From an uncultured Pseudomonadota bacterium (lineage in GTDB: Bacteria; Oederibacteriota; Muellerivitia; Muellerivitales; Muellerivitaceae), in NCBI GenBank assembly GCA_963843375.1, contig CAWJKT010000008.1:181003-245002 (forward strand): DNA of 64,000 nucleotides, in the 5' to 3' direction. This document shows, one piece after another, positions 1 to 9,272 of this stretch (within the stretch, counting starts at the first letter, position 1; each line of letters begins with the position of its first letter). The notes beneath the pieces were generated by a model. The model saw only the letters and a list, made by a program, of their open reading frames with translations, did not search any database and was not told where the DNA came from. Position numbers and translations under genes: made by a program.

Positions 1-2
1 CT

Positions 3-89
3 ACCGGCGAAACCATAAAGATTGCCGCCAAGAGGGTCGTCAAGTTCCGCGTGGTTAAAGCCTTGAAGGATGAGGTTCTCGGAAAATAA
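3..89 (+). CDS. hup: HU family DNA-binding protein, 3' end (partial, runs off window start)
   Basis: Manual translation TGETIKIAAKRVVKFRVVKALKDEVLGK* matches the HU/IHF arm and C-terminal helix; not in ORF track. Confidence 0.9.
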   Translation, partial: TGETIKIAAKRVVKFRVVKALKDEVLGK

Positions 90-132
90 TTTGGCGGTTT
101 GGTGAACAAACCTTTCAATTGCAAAAAATCAG

Positions 133-176
133 TGCCCGTCCCCCAAAGTTTCAGCGTGGGAAGACGGGCATTTTTT
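133..176 (+). terminator. Rho-independent terminator after HU
   Basis: Stem TGCCCGTC (133-140) / GACGGGCA (163-170) followed by TTTTTT. Confidence 0.8.
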
Positions 177-249
177 GTGCTCATCGGCGCCCCAGTCTTA
201 ACGGATCTAGAAGGGACATAAGGACCGACACCGAAAAAACAAAAAATCC

Positions 250-810
250 TTAAGGGGTAGGGGTGACCGTTGCCGTAGCAGTGCTGGTGGGGGTAAGGGA
301 TGGCGTATCGGTTGGATCTGGGGTGGGGGTGTTGGAGGGTGTGTCGGTTGGATCTGGAGTGGGGGTGTTGGAAGGCGTGTCGGTAGGGTCGGAGGTAGCG
401 GTGTTTGAAGGCGTATCGGTTGGGTCAGGGGTGGCTGTAGGAGTTATGGAACAGGTAACGGTGGGGGTGCAATCCGGCGTAGCCGTGGAAGTTGTGGAAC
501 AAGTCATGGAAGGCGTGCAATCAGGAGTAGCGGTGAGGGTGGGTGTGAAAGTGCTGCTGTTCGTCGAGATAGGGGTGGGTGAATTGGTGCCGGTGGCGGT
601 CGGCGTCAGGGTGGGGCTGTTGGTCGGGGTCCCGGTCGCGGTATTCGTAATGCTGGATGTGATTGTCTGGGTAGAGGTCGGGGAATTTGTCGGGGTGGGG
701 GCGTTGGCTGCAAAAGGGCTTGATGGTATATTTTTCGAGTTATTGCAGGCTTGAACTCCAAACAGAATAAGGCTGGCCCACAAAACCATTGAAATTAAAA
801 CGCGTTTCAT
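250..810 (-). CDS. Thr/Pro-rich repeat lipoprotein
   Basis: Signal peptide ending in lipobox VQAC; rest is T/P/S low complexity with DPTDTPSNTPTP repeats; SD AGGAG upstream. Confidence 0.8.
   Translation of the reverse strand: MKRVLISMVLWASLILFGVQACNNSKNIPSSPFAANAPTPTNSPTSTQTITSSITNTATGTPTNSPTLTPTATGTNSPTPISTNSSTFTPTLTATPDCTPSMTCSTTSTATPDCTPTVTCSITPTATPDPTDTPSNTATSDPTDTPSNTPTPDPTDTPSNTPTPDPTDTPSLTPTSTATATVTPTP
291..432 (-). repeat. Intragenic 36-bp tandem repeat x4 (DPTDTPSNTPTP-like unit)
   Basis: Degenerate GGYGTRTCGGTWGGRTC core at 302, 338, 374 and 410 (period 36). Confidence 0.85.
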
Positions 811-823
811 TTTTGGTGACTCC

Positions 824-1699
824 TCATAAGCCCAGGCGGCACCCGGCTAAAACCGGAATATCCTGGCCCACCACTTGGGATGAAAATATGAAATTATATT
901 TCCCTTCCACAAAAAAGAAGGCGCGATCCCCCAAGTCGGCCTCGAAACCGGCACCCAAAACCACGTCGAAGTCCGCTACTGGGGCCCCGGGATTACCGGA
1001 TAACAGCTCGAATTCACCCCCCGCGCCCGCCAACAGGTAAGGACCGCCGAAGTGATAACGAACGGTGGGAATCAAAAACAACTCGGTATCGGAAATAGTC
1101 CCGGAGAAATTCACCCCGGAAAATGTAAAGCCTTCCATATCCAACTGAAGACTCAAGTCCTTATCAAACTCAAACCCCAAACAAGCCATACCGCCAGGAC
1201 TCAAAGTATAGGCAGTTTGCCAGCCTTGCCCAGGGATATCTATCCCACCCGCCAATCCCAGATAAAAGAAACCGGGGGTACGCTCCAGTTTGGTCTGAGC
1301 CGTCGTTGATCCACCTACCACAGTCATGGGCCCGCTCAACATGGTTGAAACCGGTGTGCCCCCCCCTATCGGAGTTGGAGTGGGGGGCGGAAGCGTCTTT
1401 AATGTTTGGAGATAAGTCTTTAAATCGGGATTATCTTGATGCAGTGACAAGCTTTTTTCGCAATCGGCCATTCCCTTTTGGTAATCCCCCAGGCTAACGT
1501 AATCGTGGCCCAATACCTCATAGGCCTGCCAAAAGTCCGGGCTCGATTTGACCACCCCCTCAAGGATCACGACACTATCGTGATAGTTTCCATGTTCGTA
1601 TAAATCCATCCCCATCGTGTAATAATCCATAGTTTGATCCGCCCAAAGGGCAGGGACACAAAACTTTAAAAACAAGAGGGTTAAAAAGAGTATTTTCAT
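824..1699 (-). CDS. Secreted TPR protein with C-terminal outer-membrane beta-barrel
   Basis: Signal peptide; TPR helices (AYEVLGHDYVSLGDYQKG); PPPTPTP linker; amphipathic beta-strands of a small OmpA/PorT-like barrel. Confidence 0.75.
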   Translation of the reverse strand: MKILFLTLLFLKFCVPALWADQTMDYYTMGMDLYEHGNYHDSVVILEGVVKSSPDFWQAYEVLGHDYVSLGDYQKGMADCEKSLSLHQDNPDLKTYLQTLKTLPPPTPTPIGGGTPVSTMLSGPMTVVGGSTTAQTKLERTPGFFYLGLAGGIDIPGQGWQTAYTLSPGGMACLGFEFDKDLSLQLDMEGFTFSGVNFSGTISDTELFLIPTVRYHFGGPYLLAGAGGEFELLSGNPGAPVADFDVVLGAGFEADLGDRAFFFVEGKYNFIFSSQVVGQDIPVLAGCRLGL

Positions 1700-1833
1700 T
1701 TATTTCTTTAATCTCACTCTTTATTTTTTCACCACGGAACCAAAACCCGGCCTGTGGAATGTATTGAGAAACCTCCCCATCAGCTTTAAAGGTTCCAAGA
1801 ATGGATCTCCAAAATGGAAGGCTTCAGGCATGG

Positions 1834-2046
1834 CTATCCATGGTCACTTTTTTTGAGTTTCTGGACGACCTTTTCCAAAGGAAGGGCTTTCTCTTTTTTT
1901 CGAGGGGCTATCACCTTCAAGTCAATCAGGTCTTCTCTCAACTTTTCGTAGAGTTCGAGAATAAGCCGCACGCCTTTTTTGTGGTTCTTCTCCCCACCTT
2001 TTTCCGATTCAGGCCCTTGAATATTCATTTGGATCTCCAAGGCCAA
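1834..2046 (-). CDS. Hypothetical protein, degenerate type II antitoxin-like
   Basis: YEKLREDLIDLKVIA..K.E..LPLEKV..KLK resembles the C-terminus of Phd/RelB-like antitoxins. Confidence 0.4.
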   Translation of the reverse strand: MALEIQMNIQGPESEKGGEKNHKKGVRLILELYEKLREDLIDLKVIAPRKKEKALPLEKVVQKLKKSDHG

Positions 2047-2091
2047 TCATATCAAAATCCGATAATTTCAGGTTGGGTAATGCTTAACGGG

Positions 2092-2331
2092 TCATCTCAA
2101 AAACCGCCAGAGGGTGAAGGCCAAACCAATCCCTAAAAGGCCCAAAAGAATCCAAGCCGTCGAGACGATCCAGGGCCGAGGATTGGAAAGAAAACCCGGA
2201 GAGTCTTTCAATCCCGGCGTGTCCTCCGCATCCGCGTCCCAAGTCTCTGGGGCTTTCCAACCGCAGTTAGAACAAGGCGCCCAGTCGTAAGGCATTTCAG
2301 TCCCGCATTCCAAACATATTGAAAGCGCCAT
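2092..2331 (-). CDS. Small zinc-ribbon membrane protein
   Basis: CLEC...CSNC plus C-terminal TM helix; SD AAGGGA. Confidence 0.7.
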   Translation of the reverse strand: MALSICLECGTEMPYDWAPCSNCGWKAPETWDADAEDTPGLKDSPGFLSNPRPWIVSTAWILLGLLGIGLAFTLWRFLR

Positions 2332-2419
2332 TACAAAGTCCCTTAACGACCCCGAAAAAAATTTAACCCATAAAAAAAGTAACCTTCCACTTCATGGCAC
2401 GCGCCGGAAGATACAACTT

Positions 2420-2656
2420 TCATCGCAAGTCTGCACTTGTTTTGAAACCCCATTTTTCCCAAGTTTGGGCGCGGGTAAAGAAACTGCCGTCCTTGCGGAG
2501 AAAGCCGGTGTTTTCCTGGCCCAGAGAATGGATACCGTCCGCTTCGGCAGCCATCAGGGCTTCCATATGATCAAAGCCCGTATAGGTCTTTCCTGTGGAA
2601 GGATTGAGAACGGCGGGTTTAAAGTCTGATTTTTTAAAGGGTTTCAATGACTTCAT
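2420..2656 (-). CDS. Hypothetical protein (G..H...GF....G.F..R motif)
   Basis: 78-aa ORF with plausible start and globular composition. Confidence 0.65.
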   Translation of the reverse strand: MKSLKPFKKSDFKPAVLNPSTGKTYTGFDHMEALMAAEADGIHSLGQENTGFLRKDGSFFTRAQTWEKWGFKTSADLR

Positions 2657-2874
2657 CCCATTTAGCCTTTTGCTTAATCTTGTTCACGCTAGATTCCCGT
2701 CGCGGACAACCTCAGCTCCCGTTTAAATAGACCCATGGAATGTTGTGACAGTCCTGGCTCCATTGGTGATCCCTTGAACAACTAATTGCCTCACGTTAAT
2801 AGGGGGCGCTTTCGGTTTAACACCGCAGACGTTTCCTTTTTGTGAATATTTTAATGATTTTCCAACGCAGTATT

Positions 2875-5800
2875 TTATCTAAGGATCAGCAATTTCGCGA
2901 TGGAACGGCCGTGGCTGGTGGTGATAACCACATAATAAAGTCCGCTGGCCAGCGGATTTCCCCAATTGTCCTCAAGAACAACCGTGACAGGCCCATAAGC
3001 CTGGGAGGGATAGGGTTTATCCTGCACTTCCCGGAATGCTGTGGTAAATATTTGAACTTTAATTCCGGAAAAGCCCAAATAAGCCAGGGGCAGGACTTTA
3101 ACCGGTCCACCACTGGAGGGGTTGGGGTAGATCATGGGCGTGGAAAGGGAAGGGGTTGTCATTGTGGGCGTAAGGGTGGCGGTCCCGAGGCCGGAGGGCG
3201 TGAAGGTCAAGCTATTCGTGGGTGTGGCCGAAGGGGTCGGCGTCACCGCCACAATGGTCACCACAGCTCCTGCCACCGGCAGATTGCCGAAGACCACCAT
3301 CTGCCCGTTTGTCCCCGCTCCTGCCGTCACGTTGAAGGTGTAACTATTCGTGGCGCCCGTCGAGAAGTTCGCCTCCACTTGGTAAGTCACCGCTCCGTTG
3401 GCCGGAATGATCGTATTGGTCAGGCTAAAGGTGGCTGTCGTCCCCGTGAAGTTGGCGGTGGAAATAACCGTTCCGCTTTCCAGAAGGGATATGGACGTGA
3501 TTCCCGCAGCCGAAGGCCCTGTGGAAACACTCAGGCTTGTGATGGTCACGACACTTGCGCTCGGATTAGTCAGTTGGACCTGTTGTATCAGAACGTTGGA
3601 GGCACCCGCAACTTGGGAGGAGTTGGCCGGCGGATTTGGCCCCTGGGAAGCCTCCACCGTCACCATCGTTGGGGTCGGGGTCGTGGTTATTGTAGAAGTG
3701 GTGCTGGAAGTCTCGGTGTTTGTTAGGCTTTGAGTCGGTGTGGCCGTAACTGTGGGACTAGGGGTGAAGGTTTTTGTGGAGGTGGGGGTAGAGCTATTGG
3801 TGCCCGTGACAGTGTTTGTTGGGGTTTGAGTGGCGGTATTGGTAGCGGTGGCGGTAGAAGTATTAGGAAAGGTATTCATGGAAGTCACCGTGGGTGTGTT
3901 CGTAGCTGTAGTAACCGGAGTCTTTGTAGGTGAAGAGGTCGCGGTGGGAGTTGCCGTATTCGACGGGCTATTAGTGGGGGTTAGAGTCGCCGTATTTGTC
4001 GCGCTAGGGGTGAGCGTTGAAGTGGCGGTGTAAGTCGCCGTAGGAGAACCGCTGTTTGTCGCTGTATTGGTCGCCGTGTTCGTGGCCGTCTTAGTCGGAG
4101 TGGAGGTGGGTGTCGGCGTGAGGATGGTCCCTGTCGGAGACAATGTCGGGGTTCCGGTGATGGTGGGCGTAGCGGAGTTGGATGCCGTGGAGGTCGGAGT
4201 CAAAGTGGCTGAATTGGTGGCGGTACTTGTAGAGGTCGAACTGCCGGTGCTAGTGGCCGTCGGGGTCGCGGTTTGGGTGGCCGTGGAGGTGAGACTATTG
4301 GTGGGCGTATGAGTCAAGGTGCTGGTGGAAGTCGCTGTGGGGGTTTGGGTCAAGGTGTTTGTCGTGCTATTCGTGGCGGTGTTGGTCATAGTGTTGACTG
4401 GGGTATTGGTGACGGTGGCCGATGGACTGTTTGTGGATGTCGCCGTCCCCGTATGAGTTGGCGTATTCGTGAAAGTAAATGAGGGGGATGCGGTCACGGT
4501 ATTAGCCACCGTACTTGTAAAGGTTTTGGTAGCGGACGCAGTTTGGGTTACCGTGATGGTCGCCGTCGGGCTGTTTGTGGCCGTAGAGGTTACGGTATTA
4601 ATCAAGGTGTTGGTAGGTGTCGCGGTCAATGTTGAAGTAGCCGTCTTGGTGGCCGTACTGGTTAAACTGCTGGTGGGGGTAGCCGTGGGGGCCGCAGTCG
4701 TCACAAAGGCCGAAGCCAGGGCCATGTAGGAACCGGTGTAATAAATGCCTGTCTCGTTTACGACCCAGGGTACGCTCTTGGCCCCGGTGGGGTCGACCCA
4801 ATCCCAATCTCGGTATTCCTTTTCATAGGGGGGTTCGACCTCCCCAGCCAACATTGGCGGTTCCGACTCCCCATTATCGGCGGCGTATCCATGACCCGGT
4901 CCATCCGGAACGATGCCAGGCGGCGGGCCGTAAGTGGAAGGGCCGCTGTCACTAATTCCGAAATTATCCGTTCCCGCGTAATAAGGATAGAGCGGGTCGG
5001 TGACCGAGACTGGTTTGCCGATGAAATTGTCGAAGGAAAAGGTGTTTCCATAATTGCCGAACCATTGGTGATAGATGCGCCAAACCCCGTGGGAGGCGCC
5101 AATGGCGGCTGAGTTTGTCATGAGGGTCATGTTGATTGGATTGGTTCCGTTCATGTAATGAAGGAAGTCTTCGGCGTGGGTCATGCATTGGGCCGAGGTG
5201 TAGCTTCCCGTCGCACCCAATAGGGAGGCCCAAACCAGTTGCATGCCGTAGTTCATCTTCACCTCGTCGGCACCCCAAAAATAATCGTAACTGTGCATTC
5301 CCGAATTATAAAAATCGTTCTGGGTGAAGAGGTCGTTGACCAAGACGCCCCAATCCGTTTTCATATCTGTGACGACTGACGCCGTGGCATTGGTGGCCTG
5401 TATATAGGTCAGGATGCCCCAGTTCTGTTGGAATAAATCCTCGTTGAGCCAAAACCCGTTCCAGGTTTGATAATTATTCACGATGGATTGGGCCGCACTG
5501 ATGATGGAGGCGGGTCCGCCAAGGGCCTCTTCCATGCGGAACATTTCGGCAGCGGCCCAAAATTGCTGATTTGTCACCGGCGCAGAGGACACGTAAGCGT
5601 TCCAGGTATTTTCTGCGGCGGCGCGGAAGGTTATCGCGGCGCTGGCCAAACCCGAAACCCCGGACATTACCCGGGCTGCGTGGGCCATAATGGCCACGAA
5701 CTGAGCCTCGCCCGCCGGGTTAGGGGGATAGTAAACCCGGGTGGTTGTGTCGGTGCTGGGCGGAGAGCCTGACCCGCCCCCGGGCGCATGGACGACCGAA

Positions 5801-6624
5801 AGGACATGGTAGTCGGTCATCTGCATCTTCAGGTACCAGTTTAATTCCCACATGGCCTCGTTGAGGATATCCGGAACACCGTTGCCTGACTCGGGGATAT
5901 TGCTGGAAAGGGACGCGAAAAGAGTTGGATTCCATTCATAGGCCGTAAGAAGATCCCAAAGAGCTTCCCCGCTGTCCCCTCCCCAACTAGCGCATGCCCC
6001 GGTGGGAGTCTGACCGATGTATTTGTTGTAGTCCCCCGCATCGTGCCAGCCACCCTCCAAATTCAGGATACCGTAGTTATTGGGAAAGGTGCATCCAGAG
6101 GCTGGCCCGCAGGTGACGTCTTGTGTATGGCATGCGTCGGCGTCGGCCCAGGCGGAGTTACCGGTGTAGGCAGCAAGTTTGGCGATCCCGCACCTTTGGT
6201 AATAGAAGGCCTTGAGGGTCGCCGTCATGGGCGCTTGGTAAACGGAATTCGAGATCGTGAAATTATAGGATTGTTCAGTCAGGGCAGATGAATAGACGTA
6301 ATAGGTGCCCGGCGTGGTAAAAGCCGAAAAGTTGACCCACCAGACCGTGTCCCCGGAAATCTGGGGCGAGGTGGGATCCGTTCCCAAACTCGATACCGAA
6401 GCCGCGGGCACGGTGTAAGCCAGCACACTGGTGGCGGCGTTGTACACCCCAACGCTGGAGCCGGGGTTTTCGGTAAAAATAGCAATCTTTGTGTCTGTGG
6501 TACGGTAGCCAAAGTTGTCGATCTTGATGTGGCCGGCAATGGTTGAGGCTATCGCCGTTTGGGCCAAGAGACCCAAGGCTAGGCCCGTCAGACAGGACAA
6601 TGATTTACTCAAGCCACGTTTCAT
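2875..6624 (-). CDS. Glycoside hydrolase family 9 with N-terminal Ig-like domain, long Thr-rich linker, Ig-like domain and T9SS-type-A-like CTD
   Basis: Signal peptide; CelD_N-like start; [12 protein letters not shown] (catalytic Asp); FYYQRCG; VVNE (catalytic Glu); C-terminal YPNP...ASGLYYVVI...KLLILR. Confidence 0.92.
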   Translation of the reverse strand: MKRGLSKSLSCLTGLALGLLAQTAIASTIAGHIKIDNFGYRTTDTKIAIFTENPGSSVGVYNAATSVLAYTVPAASVSSLGTDPTSPQISGDTVWWVNFSAFTTPGTYYVYSSALTEQSYNFTISNSVYQAPMTATLKAFYYQRCGIAKLAAYTGNSAWADADACHTQDVTCGPASGCTFPNNYGILNLEGGWHDAGDYNKYIGQTPTGACASWGGDSGEALWDLLTAYEWNPTLFASLSSNIPESGNGVPDILNEAMWELNWYLKMQMTDYHVLSVVHAPGGGSGSPPSTDTTTRVYYPPNPAGEAQFVAIMAHAARVMSGVSGLASAAITFRAAAENTWNAYVSSAPVTNQQFWAAAEMFRMEEALGGPASIISAAQSIVNNYQTWNGFWLNEDLFQQNWGILTYIQATNATASVVTDMKTDWGVLVNDLFTQNDFYNSGMHSYDYFWGADEVKMNYGMQLVWASLLGATGSYTSAQCMTHAEDFLHYMNGTNPINMTLMTNSAAIGASHGVWRIYHQWFGNYGNTFSFDNFIGKPVSVTDPLYPYYAGTDNFGISDSGPSTYGPPPGIVPDGPGHGYAADNGESEPPMLAGEVEPPYEKEYRDWDWVDPTGAKSVPWVVNETGIYYTGSYMALASAFVTTAAPTATPTSSLTSTATKTATSTLTATPTNTLINTVTSTATNSPTATITVTQTASATKTFTSTVANTVTASPSFTFTNTPTHTGTATSTNSPSATVTNTPVNTMTNTATNSTTNTLTQTPTATSTSTLTHTPTNSLTSTATQTATPTATSTGSSTSTSTATNSATLTPTSTASNSATPTITGTPTLSPTGTILTPTPTSTPTKTATNTATNTATNSGSPTATYTATSTLTPSATNTATLTPTNSPSNTATPTATSSPTKTPVTTATNTPTVTSMNTFPNTSTATATNTATQTPTNTVTGTNSSTPTSTKTFTPSPTVTATPTQSLTNTETSSTTSTITTTPTPTMVTVEASQGPNPPANSSQVAGASNVLIQQVQLTNPSASVVTITSLSVSTGPSAAGITSISLLESGTVISTANFTGTTATFSLTNTIIPANGAVTYQVEANFSTGATNSYTFNVTAGAGTNGQMVVFGNLPVAGAVVTIVAVTPTPSATPTNSLTFTPSGLGTATLTPTMTTPSLSTPMIYPNPSSGGPVKVLPLAYLGFSGIKVQIFTTAFREVQDKPYPSQAYGPVTVVLEDNWGNPLASGLYYVVITTSHGRSIAKLLILR
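3665..4701 (-). repeat. Low-complexity Thr/Pro/Ser/Asn linker (~345 codons)
   Basis: TATNTPT/TPTATS-type degenerate repeats between GH9 catalytic domain and Ig domain. Confidence 0.85.
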
Positions 6625-6966
6625 TCGTAAAACCCCAAAACGAAAAGTTTGGACGGGGTTCCAGAAAACGATTTCAACGAGGTTTCCCAGACGACCTTGT
6701 CCGACGATGTTGCCGGTTTATTCGTTAATTATTATACCCCTCTTCCCCCTGCTTCTACCAAAATCACGATTGGCGCGTTAATCCCAAGTTCCCATTTTAT
6801 CTTTTGCATTTTCGAATGAAAAAAAGGGGAGTATTACCTTTTGAGACCCAAAAAACCAGGATACCTTCCACATCCTTAGGTATCACCACAAGCTATAGAA
6901 AAGCTGTGATTTGCCCAATTTCCTGTTCCAGGTTTTCTTGAAATCCCATGAAGTATGGAGATTGCT

Positions 6967-7503
6967 TTACTCGTGGTTTGGCCGGCACGTTGTTAGTTCC
7001 AGTGGTCTGCCCTTTACTTCTTTTTCTTTCTTGTTGGGCGGTCTTTTGCCTTTTTTTTCCTTCTTGTTGGGCTTCCCTTTACCTGTAGTGATCAAACTCC
7101 GCAAACTACCGTTAATATAGGAGCCCCAAGCGTTGGAACAGATATCGAAACACTCATAGTCAGGAACCAGTCCCCGGTGAGTGAAGCGGATTTCGGTTCG
7201 AGGGTCTTTTTCGGAAACTTCAAAAATAATTTCCGTACCCTTCCACTCGTTTTTGTCTTCCGTAAAATTAAAATAGTTGTCCAAAACAAGCCAAACAACT
7301 TTTTTCGCGGGAATAATTTTGGTTAACTTCATTTTGCAGGAATGGACGTCTTTGTAACGATAGGTAAACTCGTCACCGAGTTTTTCGGTGCCGCCCTTAA
7401 TATTTTCCGACCACCATCCACGAACATTTTGGATGGCCTTGAAAGCTTCTTCGGGGGTGTTGTCGACTGTAATAGCAATAGAGAAATCTTGATCTTTCTT
7501 CAT
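6967..7503 (-). CDS. SRPBCC/AHA1-like (START-fold) domain protein
   Basis: F.AI..VRGWW, EW.GT.I.F, T.I.FTH.GL, ECF..CSNAW..Y...SL...ITTGKG.P motifs. Confidence 0.88.
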   Translation of the reverse strand: MKKDQDFSIAITVDNTPEEAFKAIQNVRGWWSENIKGGTEKLGDEFTYRYKDVHSCKMKLTKIIPAKKVVWLVLDNYFNFTEDKNEWKGTEIIFEVSEKDPRTEIRFTHRGLVPDYECFDICSNAWGSYINGSLRSLITTGKGKPNKKEKKGKRPPNKKEKEVKGRPLELTTCRPNHE

Positions 7504-7645
7504 GCGATCCCCTTTTTTTTATTAACTCGAATCAAAATCCTCTCATCCTTTTCGTCCACGATGGCTTATCACGAGTTGGCTGAATAGGCATCAAACCGGA
7601 CTCCTCAATCGCAGGGGTGCCAATCCAACTTTCTATTGGCCCAAC

Positions 7646-8092
7646 TCATGTTGAAATCCGCAAGGTGGCCTCGCCCCTTTCTTGGTAGGCTTTGTGTAGT
7701 TTCTGGGCGATAGCGGGATTCTTCATGAGAAGATTGTCGAAATTATATTTCTCAAGGATAAAAAGTTCGGTGAGCATTTCGGCGACCACCGTGGCGTTTC
7801 GGGGAGCGTTGGAGATCAAGGCCATTTCTCCGAAATACTCGTCGGCTCGAAGCCCCGCCACTCTCACCCGCTGGGAACCTTTGTTCACCCAAACCGAAAC
7901 CCGACCGGAAGCAATGAGGTAAAAAGCGTCTCCCGGGTTCCCTTGCCGTATGATCTCATAACCCTTAAAAACTCTGACGGCGCGCAGGCAGGAAATCAGT
8001 TTGTCCAGTTCCTTCGGACCCATATATTGCAGAAAATAGGCCTGTTGAAGAACCCGGCGAAGATGACTGAAGATGGCGGATGTGGGAAGCAT
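7646..8092 (-). CDS. Stand-alone cyclic nucleotide-binding (cNMP) domain protein
   Basis: IIRQG.PGD.FY.I..G.V and YFGEMALI...PRNATV; SD GGAGG before ATG 8092 (ORF track extends to 8137). Confidence 0.9.
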   Translation of the reverse strand: MLPTSAIFSHLRRVLQQAYFLQYMGPKELDKLISCLRAVRVFKGYEIIRQGNPGDAFYLIASGRVSVWVNKGSQRVRVAGLRADEYFGEMALISNAPRNATVVAEMLTELFILEKYNFDNLLMKNPAIAQKLHKAYQERGEATLRIST

Positions 8093-8192
8093 AAGTACGA
8101 CCTCCAAAATTACCGAGCAGTGGGGCGCGGGAAACATTGATCACTTTAGCTGCCCCTCTTAAACCTGGTCCATTCTAATATTTAGTCTCATC

Positions 8193-8543
8193 CTGGTGAA
8201 GGATTACTACCAACGGCCCCGGCTCTATCAAACCAACTCCGAAGTGAACCGCTGTGTGAAAAAATCGAAAAGCTTATCCTATCCCAGCGGGCAGCCACCG
8301 GGGGCACGGCACTTGCCGTCATCCTGGCCCACATGGTGCCGGAGAAAAAGGATGTAATTTTGGCAAAGGGTAAGGTGTACAGCGGAAAATCGGATTGTGG
8401 GCGGGGTCCATTACCACAGCGACGTGATGGCGGGAGAGCAAGTCGTGGTTCTGCTCGCGGCGGCGCTTTTAGGGGACAAAAGCTTCATGAAAGACTATGA
8501 AAAGGCCAGGGTGGAATTGCGGGAGGTCTTGGGTTTGATGTGA
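8193..8543 (+). pseudogene. Class A non-specific acid phosphatase (PAP2, PhoN/PhoC-like) remnant, 5'-truncated with two frameshifts
   Basis: Manual translation across frames: KDYYQRPR ... SYPSG / ATGGTALAVILAHMVPEKK / NRIVGGVHYHSDVMAG ... ARVELREVLGLM*; all three PAP2 motifs. Confidence 0.8.
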
Positions 8544-8595
8544 AGGATGAGTCCAGCCGGGGTTTTCAGGTTCACCCTTCACCTGTCATTCCCGA

Positions 8596-8952
8596 TTAAT
8601 TTCCAAAGCCTTTTTTGATAGCGCTTTCGACATTGGGAAAAGCTTTCAAAATACTGCCAAATTCAAGGGAGTGATAAACTTCCAAAACGTCCGAGTTCAT
8701 ACCCGCAAGCACCAAATCGCCATCTTGTTCGCGAATCTGTTTGATTTCGCTGATAAAAACGCCCCATCCCGCGCTGCCGATGTAATCGACACCGTTCAAG
8801 TCAATGATAAGCTTAACTTTTCTATTCACCAAAACCGAAAGAAGTTTTTTGGCGAATTCAGGGGCGGTGAGGGTATCGATTTGGCCTTTCACGGAAAGAA
8901 GCGTGATGTTTTTGTTCTGGGGATGGTCGGTGACATCAATGGCGATTTTCAT
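8596..8952 (-). CDS. STAS domain anti-sigma factor antagonist
   Basis: G.ID..TA, LIIDLNGVDYIGSAGWGV (phosphorylatable Ser); SD AGGAGG before ATG 8952. Confidence 0.9.
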   Translation of the reverse strand: MKIAIDVTDHPQNKNITLLSVKGQIDTLTAPEFAKKLLSVLVNRKVKLIIDLNGVDYIGSAGWGVFISEIKQIREQDGDLVLAGMNSDVLEVYHSLEFGSILKAFPNVESAIKKGFGN

Positions 8953-9272
8953 GGGGGGCACCTCCTGCGCTGAAAAACTAAATTTAGTTTATTCCTTTCC
9001 AAAGAAAGGATCATTAAATTTCACAAAAAAATTTGTTCGGGCGGGACCATTAAGTAGAAATTTTCGATTTGGTGGAATTTCGCGGAGGGCGAATATCCTA
9101 ACGCGTGGCAAACATCCCAGACAGGGAAGTAGCCGGCGTCCCAGTGAAATTTCTAAAATTTGACATAAAATTGATTTCCGTTTGCGTCTTTCGGAATAAA
9201 AGCACCCCCAAAGCGGGGTTTTCCAGAAGGCTTCCCTTTTTTCTCTCAAAAAGAAAAAAAATTTCTCCCGGG

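Noticed and set aside
291-432. 36-bp periodic repeats as a CRISPR array
   Set aside because: In-frame coding repeats with third-position variation, no unique spacers, no cas genes
263-754. Val/Gly-rich plus-strand ORF (also 2842-4729 and 14474-15061 antisense ORFs)
   Set aside because: Stop-free shadows of Thr/Pro-rich genes on the opposite strand
2657-2874. 218-nt intergenic region as 6S RNA or riboswitch (TTGTTCA/TGAACAA pairing, CCTTGAAC)
   Set aside because: Could not build the long closing stem or any riboswitch consensus by eye; needs an Rfam scan
6967-7080. Duplicated PNKKEK tail on the SRPBCC protein
   Set aside because: Short local duplication next to an A homopolymer; may be read-through from an indel
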